Position numbers and translations under genes: made by a program. A DNA stretch of 64,000 bases, taken from NCBI GenBank assembly GCA_038845975.1, contig JAWBQF010000012.1:1-64000 (forward strand). The letters run 5' to 3'. Origin of the DNA: Candidatus Methanomethylicia archaeon. Lineage in GTDB: Archaea > Thermoproteota > Methanomethylicia > CALHIW01. The notes beneath the pieces were generated by a model that saw only the letters and a list, made by a program, of their open reading frames with translations, did no database searches and was not told where the DNA came from. Of this stretch, positions 41,551 to 50,801 are shown piece by piece. How positions within the stretch are numbered: position 1 is the stretch's first letter; the number at the start of each line of letters is the position of its first letter.

Positions 41551-42417
41551 TTAAACCTCAATTCCGAAAATTTTCCTGCATAGAAATCCCACTAGAAAGC
41601 TGAGAAATACAATACCTAGAGTAATTAATGCCATTTCTAGAAGTCTTCTTTTAAAAGGGAACTCCTTAGCTACTGAAACATAAAAGGTAAAGGTTAAAAT
41701 CAGTAGGATAGAGATTAGGACTGTAATGGAGAGGCATATATAAGCATTACTGAAAATAAAGTAGGGGGAAATTAAAAGTAGAACTGTTAAGATATAGGTG
41801 GCTCCTGTATAAGCTGCTGATTTTAATGGTTTCCCTCCTCCCTCAGCCTTCTTTGATAAATACTCTGAAGCAGCCATTGAGAGAGAAGCGGGAACTCCTG
41901 TTATTAACCCAATAATGGAGATCAATTTAGCATTCTGAATAGCTAAAGTGAAACCGGTAAGAGCTCCTACAAGCTCAATTAAAGCATCATTTAAGCCTAG
42001 TATTATGGAGCCAATATATTGGAGACGTTCCTCCTCTATTAATCTTATTAATTCCATCTCATGAATCTTCTCTTCCTCCTCTATTTCTCCCGCCTTAGGA
42101 ATAAGTTTTGATATTTCCCTATAGATTGATTGAGCTACTTTTTCTCCTCTCTCCATCAGCTTTATTCCAAAAGTAATACCAAATACTCTTAAAATTATAG
42201 TGTAGAACATTATTTTAAACCTATTTGGCTTAACTTCCCTTCCAGTATATTCCCTCCAAGTAAGATAGTGACTTAACTCCTCATTTGAAATCCTTTCTAA
42301 AACTTCTTTATTACTAGGATTCTTCATTATTCTAGCTAAGTTTCTATATACAAAATACTCAGTAATTTCAGATTTTTGAGAAGCTAAAACTTTATTTTCA
42401 ACTAATCTATTAAACAT
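41551..42417 (-). CDS. VIT1/CCC1 transporter with N-terminal ferritin-like domain
   Basis: EE..H, EEE..HE, LGLNDALIEL.G, SLSMAASEYLS. Confidence 0.85.
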   Translation of the reverse strand: MFNRLVENKVLASQKSEITEYFVYRNLARIMKNPSNKEVLERISNEELSHYLTWREYTGREVKPNRFKIMFYTIILRVFGITFGIKLMERGEKVAQSIYREISKLIPKAGEIEEEEKIHEMELIRLIEEERLQYIGSIILGLNDALIELVGALTGFTLAIQNAKLISIIGLITGVPASLSMAASEYLSKKAEGGGKPLKSAAYTGATYILTVLLLISPYFIFSNAYICLSITVLISILLILTFTFYVSVAKEFPFKRRLLEMALITLGIVFLSFLVGFLCRKIFGIEV

Positions 42418-42637
42418 AATATTGCTTTCTTAAAGTTTATATTTAAATTCTCCTATTTGATAATATTTAACTCATTGTAAAACTCTACTACTAGGTTAAA
42501 TCCTAATTGTATTTAAATAGTATTGTAAGATGACTATTAACATGTTAAGCTCATATTTGGAGTTTACTAATAAGCTTCCATTTCAATGGTCTACATTAAC
42601 CTTGATTTAATGGATCTATTACATCTAACAGTACTAT

Positions 42638-42841
42638 TCATGGCGGCTTTACATGTTTAAGCTTCTCACTAGCTTGTTCTCCTCCTACTCCCCAGTTTTC
42701 CTTTGGAATCTCATGAATAATAACCTCAACAGCTTCAAAGGGTATACCTAACTCAACGAAAGCCTTAGTTATATCTGCTATTACTTTCTTCTTAGCCTCG
42801 CTTGAGAACCCACTCCAAACATATACATGTACAACCGGCAT
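42638..42841 (-). CDS. 4-oxalocrotonate tautomerase family protein
   Basis: N-terminal Pro after Met, V.V.I.E....W..GG. Confidence 0.88.
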   Translation of the reverse strand: MPVVHVYVWSGFSSEAKKKVIADITKAFVELGIPFEAVEVIIHEIPKENWGVGGEQASEKLKHVKPP

Positions 42842-42887
42842 AAAATAAAATTCACATATACAATATAAATTTTACGTATAATAAAAC

Positions 42888-43359
42888 AGCTTTACGAACT
42901 TTAGCTTTATTTTGGGTTTCTACCCCTTATTTATGGTGTCAGTATGGCTAAGATTATTAGGTTTATAGGAAAGAACTCTGTTTATTCTAGCTTTATGGTG
43001 CTTACATATTTTCGTTCATGTCGTCTAGGATGGCTCCAAATATTCTAAGCTTCATTATCGTAGAGTTATACATCTACATTGTCGTAGTTTAATCTCTAAT
43101 TATGTTTGATGATGCTGTTATAATCATAGCTCTATAAGAAATTGTTATGTTGCTTTTGAGCCATTATAAAGGAGAATTCCCTACATCTGGATTTGTGATG
43201 CTGCAAACTATTTACGCATGAGAATAAGTGTAACATGTATTAATGATTATAAGCCAATAGTATAGCTAAAACATTGATTGATGAGAAGATAAAGCTAAGA
43301 ATTCATAGAAGATGCAAAACCAAAATAGAGGTAGTAAATATGCTTAGGTTAACAAAGCC
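42888..43359 (+). mobile_element. Degenerate IS6-derived element, copy 2 (internally deleted)
   Basis: Left end AGCTTTACGAACTTTAG, right end AGGTTAACAAAGCC; interior aligns with 59021-59710. Confidence 0.8.
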
Positions 43360-43410
43360 ATAGAGAGTATAGCAAAATTTATATTGAGTATAGTATCTAT
43401 TAGCGGTTAG

Positions 43411-44361
43411 GTGTTAGTATTGATTGAGATTATTATTAAGGCATTGGCTTACTCAAGCTGTATAGCATTAGGTGCTTCAAGCATAACTATAATTTACATG
43501 GCTACTAGAACGTTTAACTTTACTCATGCATCTCTTATTGCTTGGGGTTTTTACATAGTGTTTGCATTATCATCAATATTTGGTGGAAGCCCATACTTAT
43601 ATCTTGTTTTTGCAGCCTTATTTTCAGGAATGTTAGGTATACTTGTTTATTTAACTGTTAATAGAAGGCTTTTAAAAGCAAGATCTAGTGAAGTTGTTTT
43701 AATGATGTCCACATTGGGTCTTGATCTAATTTTCTTCGCATTCATAAACATATTTGCTGATTTCTTAACTACTAATTATAGGATTCATGCAAGATATTTT
43801 GCATTAGAGCTTAAGGATTTAATTATTGATTTTGGTATTTTCTCTATTAGAGCTATTGGAGTTATAGCTCCAATAGCTATGATATTGATAGTTTTAGCTT
43901 TAAATCTCTTCCTAATGAAGACTAAGTTCGGTATTGCTATGAGGGCTTCTATTGAGAATCCAGGTCTTGCGGGAATGATAGGAATAAATCCTGAACTAAT
44001 ATATATGTCTTCATGGTTTATCGGAGGAGTTCTTGCAGGGCTTTCAGGAGGATTACTATCAATGGTTATAACTGGATATCCTGCTGTGGGAATGACAACA
44101 ATAGTAACGTTTTTCGCTGGATCTATAGTTGGAGGGTTATATAGTATATTTGGGAGCCTTCTCGGAGGACTACTTATAGGTTTAAGTGAATTTCTTGGAA
44201 TATACTTCTTATCAATGGTTCTCGGTGGGGAGATTACAGCATATAGACCAATAATACCACTACTAATAATGGCTGTAACCCTACTTATATATCCAAGAGG
44301 ACTAGCTGGAATTAGCTTAGGTAGACTGAAAACAATTATTTGGAGGGGTGGTAGTAAATGA
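43411..44361 (+). CDS. livH: Branched-chain amino acid ABC permease
   Basis: FNFTHA, TKFGIAMRASIEN; paralogue of 1486. Confidence 0.9.
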   Translation: MLVLIEIIIKALAYSSCIALGASSITIIYMATRTFNFTHASLIAWGFYIVFALSSIFGGSPYLYLVFAALFSGMLGILVYLTVNRRLLKARSSEVVLMMSTLGLDLIFFAFINIFADFLTTNYRIHARYFALELKDLIIDFGIFSIRAIGVIAPIAMILIVLALNLFLMKTKFGIAMRASIENPGLAGMIGINPELIYMSSWFIGGVLAGLSGGLLSMVITGYPAVGMTTIVTFFAGSIVGGLYSIFGSLLGGLLIGLSEFLGIYFLSMVLGGEITAYRPIIPLLIMAVTLLIYPRGLAGISLGRLKTIIWRGGSK

Positions 44362-45425
44362 TTGAAGTACCTCCAATCATACTTAACATACTTATAAACT
44401 TCGCTATTGGATTAATAATAACCATAAGCTTAAACCTAGAGGTGGGATATGCAGGTATTCCACAGTTCGGTAGAGTTTTAGCTGTACTTACAGGGGCTAT
44501 AGTGGCTGGAGCTATACCCGGTAGGATCCTAGCTTTAATGATGAATCAGCCAAGTGGAGCTGACTATGCATATCACTTAATAAACTATAGGCTTGTTGAA
44601 GATATAAATAGGGTATTAGCCTTAAACCCAATACTTTCAGCAGGAATATTCATAGTTACGCTAGTATTTGCTGCATGTTTAGGAGGGATTATAGGATATA
44701 TAACAGCTTATCCAGCAATAAGGCTTAAGGAAGCATATCTTGGAATTACCCTACTAGCCTTCGGTGATGCCCTTCAAATAATTGCTTGGAATTATCAGCC
44801 AATAGTTGGAGCAACACAGGGGGTACTAGTACCGGATCCGTTTAGATTTATAGGTGTTGGAGAGTTAAGATTCCTATTTGCTACAATAGTAATGCTTGGA
44901 ATAGCAGTACTAATATTTTTATACGCTGAAAGAATCTCCAGATCACCTTTCGGTAGAGTTCTTAAAGCTATGAGGGATTCTGAGGTAGCTGCTAAAGTTT
45001 ACGGTAAGGATATTCCTAAAGTAAGAGCACAAGCATTAATTATAGGATCCTCACTAGCAGCTATAGGGGGAGCATTATGGGCATTTTATAGCGGAAGCAT
45101 GAAGGCAGTAGCTTACAGTAGATTGGTATGGACGTTTTGGCCATGGGCATACATGATGCTTGGAGGAACAGGAAACAATCTAGGTGTACTTATAGGTGTA
45201 CTTATATTCTCAATAGTTAGAACCTTAATATATTCATATAAGGGAGTTTTAACATCAATCATACCGATAGATCCTAACTGGCTTGAGTACATACTTGTAG
45301 GATTAACAATAGTTGTAATAGTAATGTTTAGACCACAAGGAATAATACCTGAAAAACCAGCCTTAACATTATCTATAGAAAAAATAGAGAAGATAAGAAA
45401 ATTGAAAACTAACATAAAGAAGTAG
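44358..45425 (+). CDS. livM: Branched-chain amino acid ABC permease
   Basis: SLNLEVGYAG, RLKEAYL, SPFGRVLKAMRD. Confidence 0.9.
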   Translation: MIEVPPIILNILINFAIGLIITISLNLEVGYAGIPQFGRVLAVLTGAIVAGAIPGRILALMMNQPSGADYAYHLINYRLVEDINRVLALNPILSAGIFIVTLVFAACLGGIIGYITAYPAIRLKEAYLGITLLAFGDALQIIAWNYQPIVGATQGVLVPDPFRFIGVGELRFLFATIVMLGIAVLIFLYAERISRSPFGRVLKAMRDSEVAAKVYGKDIPKVRAQALIIGSSLAAIGGALWAFYSGSMKAVAYSRLVWTFWPWAYMMLGGTGNNLGVLIGVLIFSIVRTLIYSYKGVLTSIIPIDPNWLEYILVGLTIVVIVMFRPQGIIPEKPALTLSIEKIEKIRKLKTNIKK

Positions 45426-45541
45426 TAATTCAAACTTTAAGCATGTGGAAACCTATATAGCAAAATATAGAATCAATTTCTAAACATACTTATTTAATGG
45501 AAAAATTTAAATGTTTATAGTTTCTAATTATAGGGGATTGT

Positions 45542-46912
45542 ATGGCTATAAGTACTAAGCTAGCATCCATATTAATAGTAGTGTTTCTACTAATAGGTAT
45601 TGTAGCAGGCTACTTCACTGGAAGCGCAGCAGTCCCAGTTAAAACAGTAACTGTCCCTGCTGCAGCTACAACAGTAACAGTACCTACAACAATAACGGCA
45701 GCTACAACAGTAACTAGAACAGCGACTGTTACAGCTCCTGCTGTTCCCGGTCTTCAGGGTGATGTATTTATAGGTGTTTTACTTCCATTAACTGGAGTTC
45801 TATCATCTTACGGTGAAAATGATAGGGTAGCTATTGAACTTGCTGCAAGCGAAGTTAATGAATGGCTTTCATCTCTTGGTAAGCCTTGGAGAATTAAGCT
45901 ATTTGTTGAGGATACGGCTACTGATCCTAAGACAGCATTAGATAAGATACAGGCTCTTCATGGACGTGGAGTTAAAATATTCATTGGACCAATGTCCAGT
46001 GCTGAAGTTAGCGAGGTGAAGAGCTATGCTGATGCAAACGGTTTACTAGTTGTATCACAATCATCAACCTCCCCTGCACTTTCAATACCTAATGATTCAA
46101 TACTTAGATTCTGTCCTATGGATGTCGCTCAGGGAGCAGCTATAGCTAGGATTATGTGGGATAGAGGAATAAGATATCTAGTACCAATATGGAGAGGGGA
46201 TACTTGGGGTGATGGGCTTAAGGAGTTTTCAGTTAAGGCCTTCGATAAGATTTTGAAGGCTTCAGGTGAAATGGGAGGTATTGATTCCGGGATAAGATAC
46301 GATCCTGCTGCTAAGGAGTTTTCTGTTGAGGCCGCTAAGCTAGCAAGCATTATTGATGGTGCAGTTAAAAAGTATGGTAAGGAGAAAGTTGGCGTTTTAG
46401 CTATAAGTTTCGAGGAGATAGCTGCTATATTTGCTGCTGTAAAGGCACATCCAATACTTTCAGAGGTTAAATGGCAGGGGTCAGATGGAACAGCTGGAAC
46501 AGCAGTATTGATTGAGGATAAATCATTAGCTGAATATTCAATAAAGATAGGCTTCTATAATACTATAGGTTCACCAGGTGCTTCACCATATACTGATAAA
46601 GTTAAGAAGCATATTCTTGAAAGGCTTGGAAGAGAACCTGAAGCTTACGCTTACTTCTCCTATGATGCATTATGGGTTATATCTCTAGCTCTAGATACTG
46701 TAGGGAAATATGATGGTGTAGCTGTTAGAAATGCAATACCACAAATACTTAAACACTATATGGGTGCATCAGGATTCTTCAGTCTAGATGAAAATGGAGA
46801 TAGAGCTACAGGAGACTACGATATACTTGCAATTAAGCTAGTAGCTGGAGAATATAAATGGGAAACTATAGGAGCATATAGATACGCTACAGATTCCGTT
46901 GAATGGAAATAA
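45542..46912 (+). CDS. livK: Branched-chain amino acid ABC substrate-binding protein
   Basis: TM anchor, Thr/Val-rich linker, LLPLTG, EDT, STSP, GDR. Confidence 0.9.
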   Translation: MAISTKLASILIVVFLLIGIVAGYFTGSAAVPVKTVTVPAAATTVTVPTTITAATTVTRTATVTAPAVPGLQGDVFIGVLLPLTGVLSSYGENDRVAIELAASEVNEWLSSLGKPWRIKLFVEDTATDPKTALDKIQALHGRGVKIFIGPMSSAEVSEVKSYADANGLLVVSQSSTSPALSIPNDSILRFCPMDVAQGAAIARIMWDRGIRYLVPIWRGDTWGDGLKEFSVKAFDKILKASGEMGGIDSGIRYDPAAKEFSVEAAKLASIIDGAVKKYGKEKVGVLAISFEEIAAIFAAVKAHPILSEVKWQGSDGTAGTAVLIEDKSLAEYSIKIGFYNTIGSPGASPYTDKVKKHILERLGREPEAYAYFSYDALWVISLALDTVGKYDGVAVRNAIPQILKHYMGASGFFSLDENGDRATGDYDILAIKLVAGEYKWETIGAYRYATDSVEWK

Positions 46913-46939
46913 AATATAAAATATTTTTTTGGTGGCTAT

Positions 46940-47704
46940 ATGAGTCAAGATATTAACATATTAGAAACACATAACCTAGTTAAGAGATTTGGAGGACTTA
47001 TTGCTGTAGACGAAGTAAATATTAAGATTAAGAAGAATAGCTTAACAATGCTTATAGGACCTAACGGTGCAGGTAAAACAACTCTTGTTAATCTATGTAC
47101 TGGTGTTTTAAAACCAGATAATGGTAAAGTATTATTTGAGGGAAGGGATATTACTAATTGGCCTCCCCATAGAGTTTATAAAGCAGGACTTGTAAGAACA
47201 TTCCAAGTTCCTGAACCCTTCCTCTCACTTACAGTATTAGAGAATGTACTTGTAGCTTTAGGTAATAGTGGGGAAAACCCTATTAAAGCATCGTTTAAAA
47301 AGCTATGGATTAAGGAGGAGGAGGAAAAGATAAGAAGAGCCTTTGAGATTTTAGGGAAAGTTGGTCTTGACGAATTCTGGAATATGGAGGCTTATAGGCT
47401 TGGTGCAGGTCAGTTAAAAATGCTTGAGATAAGTAGAGCTTTAGCTACTGGAGCTAAACTAATAGCTTTAGATGAACCTATAGGAGGAACTGATCCAGCA
47501 TACGCAAATGAAATATTTAAATATGTTAGAAACATTAAGGATACATGGAACATTACCTTTCTAGTTATTGAGCATAGAATCGATATTGCTCTCCCATTTG
47601 CTGACTATGTTTACGTAATGGATAGGGGGAAAGTTATATTTGAAGGTCCTCCACAACTTGTTGAGAATGAGCCTAAGGTTATAGAGGTTTATATAGGTAG
47701 ATAA
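46940..47704 (+). CDS. livG: Branched-chain amino acid ABC ATPase
   Basis: FGGLIAV, GPNGAGKT, RTFQ, DEP, IEH. Confidence 0.92.
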   Translation: MSQDINILETHNLVKRFGGLIAVDEVNIKIKKNSLTMLIGPNGAGKTTLVNLCTGVLKPDNGKVLFEGRDITNWPPHRVYKAGLVRTFQVPEPFLSLTVLENVLVALGNSGENPIKASFKKLWIKEEEEKIRRAFEILGKVGLDEFWNMEAYRLGAGQLKMLEISRALATGAKLIALDEPIGGTDPAYANEIFKYVRNIKDTWNITFLVIEHRIDIALPFADYVYVMDRGKVIFEGPPQLVENEPKVIEVYIGR

Positions 47705-47705
47705 T

Positions 47706-48422
47706 ATGGGTATTCTTCAAATAGAAAAACTGAATTCAGGGTATGGTAAGCTTAAAGTATTATTTAATGTAAACTTTGAAGCTATGAAGAAGGAAATAAC
47801 AGTAATTGTAGGACCTAACGGTGCAGGTAAAACAACTCTTCTCAACAGTATATGTAGCATGGCAACAATCTATGATGGAAAAGTGTTTTTCGATGGGAAA
47901 GACATTACTGGATTACCAATACATAAGATAGCTAGACTAGGTATATCTTACCTACCGCAAATGGGTAATATATTCACCAATCTAACAGTAGATGAAAATC
48001 TAAGAATAGCTGGCTATATACTACCTAAAGAGGAGGTTAAAGGTAGAATAGGTGAGGTACTTGAAATATTCCCAAGACTTAAACCATTCCTAAACAGGAA
48101 GGCTGGAACACTAAGTGGAGGGGAGAGGAGAATGCTTGCAATAAGCGTAGCCCTCATGAGGAAACCTAAAATACTTCTGCTGGATGAAATGACTACTGAT
48201 CTAGCTCCAATACTTGTTAAAAAAGTACTGGAGAAAGTAGTTGAGTTAAGAGATAGTTTAGGATTAACAATAGTACTTGTTGAACAACATGCTAAAAGAG
48301 CATTAGAAATAGGTGATAGAGCATATTTACTGGTAAGTGGAACAATAAGGTTTGAAGGAGAGCCTAAAAACCTATTAGAACACCCGGAATTTTCAAAGCT
48401 ATATTTAGGAATAATAAAGTAA
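47706..48422 (+). CDS. livF: Branched-chain amino acid ABC ATPase
   Basis: GPNGAGKT, LSGGERRMLA, LLDE, VEQ. Confidence 0.92.
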   Translation: MGILQIEKLNSGYGKLKVLFNVNFEAMKKEITVIVGPNGAGKTTLLNSICSMATIYDGKVFFDGKDITGLPIHKIARLGISYLPQMGNIFTNLTVDENLRIAGYILPKEEVKGRIGEVLEIFPRLKPFLNRKAGTLSGGERRMLAISVALMRKPKILLLDEMTTDLAPILVKKVLEKVVELRDSLGLTIVLVEQHAKRALEIGDRAYLLVSGTIRFEGEPKNLLEHPEFSKLYLGIIK

Positions 48423-48725
48423 TTCGCTAATTTTAAGCTCCACCATTAAGCTTATGGAAACATGATTCCCAACGTATATTTACAAGTTAATTCTTAAATA
48501 GAAGTGAAGATTAACTAGATTAAAATGTAAGTAGGTTTTATATTAAACGAAATTAAAGCTTCTCCTATATTTCAAGATAGTGAAAGTATATTAGTGTTTC
48601 CATTAGAATGAAACTTGAATTACGTATAACCTAACATACTATATCTTCTAAACAGCATTCTGAAATAGATATTGGGCTACTTGGAAACGATAGCTTGTAG
48701 CTACAAGCTAGCTGAGATGTTATGG

Positions 48726-49970
48726 TTAAGTATAGCTACTTAAATCCTCTAGTAGAATCTTATTAATAGTTAGCATTACTTTTCTTAAAGGTATATTTAG
48801 TTCTTCAGCTATAGCTTTTAAGTCGTTATAGTCTGGTTTAATATTTAGAAGTTTACCTTCAGGTGTTCTAGAAATCTTAACTTTAACACTATATCTCTTA
48901 CCATTAATATTTATAGTTCTTGTTTCCTCACTTCTTAAAGCTAGAACTCTACATGTTTCATAAATTCTTACACCTAAAGTTCCCGTTTCATTCATTAATG
49001 CTTTAAGTACTTCATCATACTTACTATGCTCTACAAGAACCTTAACTATATGTGAGGGCCTATTCTTCTTACCTACAGCTGGAATTATTGAAATATCTAA
49101 TGCTCCTAAATCCATAATTCTCCCAGCTAAATATCCTAAAATCTCACCTTGTACATCATCAATATTTGTTTCAAGAACCATAATCTTATCACTAATAGCT
49201 TTAAAATCATATCCTTCAACTATTCTTAGAACATTCGGAATGTTTTCAAAGTCTTTAACACCTGCTCCATAACCTATCCTCTCTATTCTTAACGGCGGAT
49301 AGTAATCTACAATTCTCCCTGTAAGATTTACTAGGAGCGCAGCACCTGTTGGTGTTGTAAGTTCTGAATCGACTGGTGTAGATGTGAATCTATAGCTATG
49401 TCTACGAAGTATTTCAAGCGTTGCTGGAGCTGGAGCATTAATAACTCCATGCTCCATCTTAACGTAACCCCCACCCAAAGCAGGAGGCGTAGTATATACT
49501 TTAACCTCTCCTCTAAAATAGTTTAAAGCATCCAGCATTAGTGATACTCCAACTATATCAAACACAGTATCTGATGATGCTAACTCATGAAATACTACCT
49601 CCCCCCTACTTACTCCATGAATCCTCGCTTCAGCCTCTATAAGTTCATCTATAACATTTAAAGCATAGCTAATCCCCCCACTCGATAATCCCATTTTAAC
49701 TCCTACCTCCTCAACATATTTCCTTAAATCAATAGCTCTTACATTACATGCATCCTCCTCAATACTCATCCTCAATATCTTCGCCCTAATCCCCTTCTTA
49801 ACCGTATCGACTACCTCAACCTTAAATGAGCTACAATAGCTTAATGTATTCTCTATGGTATCTGCAAGCTGATATAACTGTTCCCCAACCCCAACCATAT
49901 CAACTAAAGCTGAAAGCATCATATCCCCTGAAATCCCAGCTATTCTCGGATCAACTACCAAAACCCTCAT
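48726..49970 (-). CDS. larC: Nickel pincer cofactor nickel insertase LarC
   Basis: GISGDM, FHE, PAPAT, TPTGAA, GYGAG, PNVLR, ETNIDD, KKNRP, ETGTLGVR. Confidence 0.92.
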   Translation of the reverse strand: MRVLVVDPRIAGISGDMMLSALVDMVGVGEQLYQLADTIENTLSYCSSFKVEVVDTVKKGIRAKILRMSIEEDACNVRAIDLRKYVEEVGVKMGLSSGGISYALNVIDELIEAEARIHGVSRGEVVFHELASSDTVFDIVGVSLMLDALNYFRGEVKVYTTPPALGGGYVKMEHGVINAPAPATLEILRRHSYRFTSTPVDSELTTPTGAALLVNLTGRIVDYYPPLRIERIGYGAGVKDFENIPNVLRIVEGYDFKAISDKIMVLETNIDDVQGEILGYLAGRIMDLGALDISIIPAVGKKNRPSHIVKVLVEHSKYDEVLKALMNETGTLGVRIYETCRVLALRSEETRTININGKRYSVKVKISRTPEGKLLNIKPDYNDLKAIAEELNIPLRKVMLTINKILLEDLSSYT

Positions 49971-50106
49971 TTACAATTCCCTACTAGGAAATAGACAATA
50001 TATACTCTACAGGCTTAGCTATATATAGATTCTGTCCTGTTAACTTCAGAATTAATTAATAGTAATTTACTAAATGTTTTATACGAAGCTTTAAGCAATG
50101 AGTAAG

Positions 50107-50217
50107 AATTATAAATTCTCAGTTTTAAGAGATGTGAAATATGTTGTTTCTATAGCTAAAAATTTATAAATTTCTCAGCTTTAAATAGGAATGTGAGATA
50201 TGTTGTTTCTATAGCTA
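50107..50217 (+). repeat. Imperfect tandem duplication of promoter plus first codons
   Basis: AATT(T)ATAAATT(T)CTCAG.TTTAA...ATGTGA.ATATGTTGTTTCTATAGCTA at 50107-50158 and 50161-50217. Confidence 0.85.
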
Positions 50218-50801
50218 GGGTAGATGAATCTAAATGTAATGGTTGTGGAATATGTGAGAGGGTTTGCCCAACTCTTTCAATTAGAGTTGGTGAGGATTTT
50301 CTTGCTCATGTTGATGAGTCTTCATGTACTGGATGTACTGCATGTATGGATAGATGTCCTCAATATGCTGTTTCCATAATTTCCTTGGAAAAGCCAAGGG
50401 TTTTACAGGTTGATTGGAGGAAAGCGCCGTATGAGAAAATGCTTGAAATCTGTAGGAAAGCTCATCACCATCCAGAGGAGGTTATCTGTTTCTGTACTGG
50501 TACGAGGGCGAGGGAAGTTGCTGCAGCTATATTGATGGGGGCAGATTCTCCGGAGAAACTATCGAGAATGACTGGTATACGTACTGGCTGTAAGGTTGAA
50601 TGTATTCAACCAGTATTAAGGCTTTTAAATGCTGCTGGAGTAAAACTTCAAAAACCTCCTGGATACCAGTGGTATGGCTTAACATCAACTCTCTGGGATT
50701 TACCTGAAGCTATACTAGGTAAAGAGGAGTATGGGAAGTTCTACTTTTTAAAGGATAAGGAGGTTATGGAGAAGATTGTTAGAGGTGGAGGGAATGAGTA
50801 A
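50193..50801 (+). CDS. 2x[4Fe-4S] ferredoxin fused to a BFD-like [2Fe-2S] domain
   Basis: CNGCGICERVCP, CTGCTACMDRCP, then ICFC...TGCKVEC. Confidence 0.88.
   Translation: MRYVVSIARVDESKCNGCGICERVCPTLSIRVGEDFLAHVDESSCTGCTACMDRCPQYAVSIISLEKPRVLQVDWRKAPYEKMLEICRKAHHHPEEVICFCTGTRAREVAAAILMGADSPEKLSRMTGIRTGCKVECIQPVLRLLNAAGVKLQKPPGYQWYGLTSTLWDLPEAILGKEEYGKFYFLKDKEVMEKIVRGGGNE

Noticed and set aside
41232-41561. 109-aa hydrophobic minus-strand ORF
   Set aside because: Low-complexity AT-rich translation with no recognisable motif.
45630-45745. Thr/Val/Ala-rich repeats in livK
   Set aside because: Ordinary linker of archaeal solute-binding proteins.
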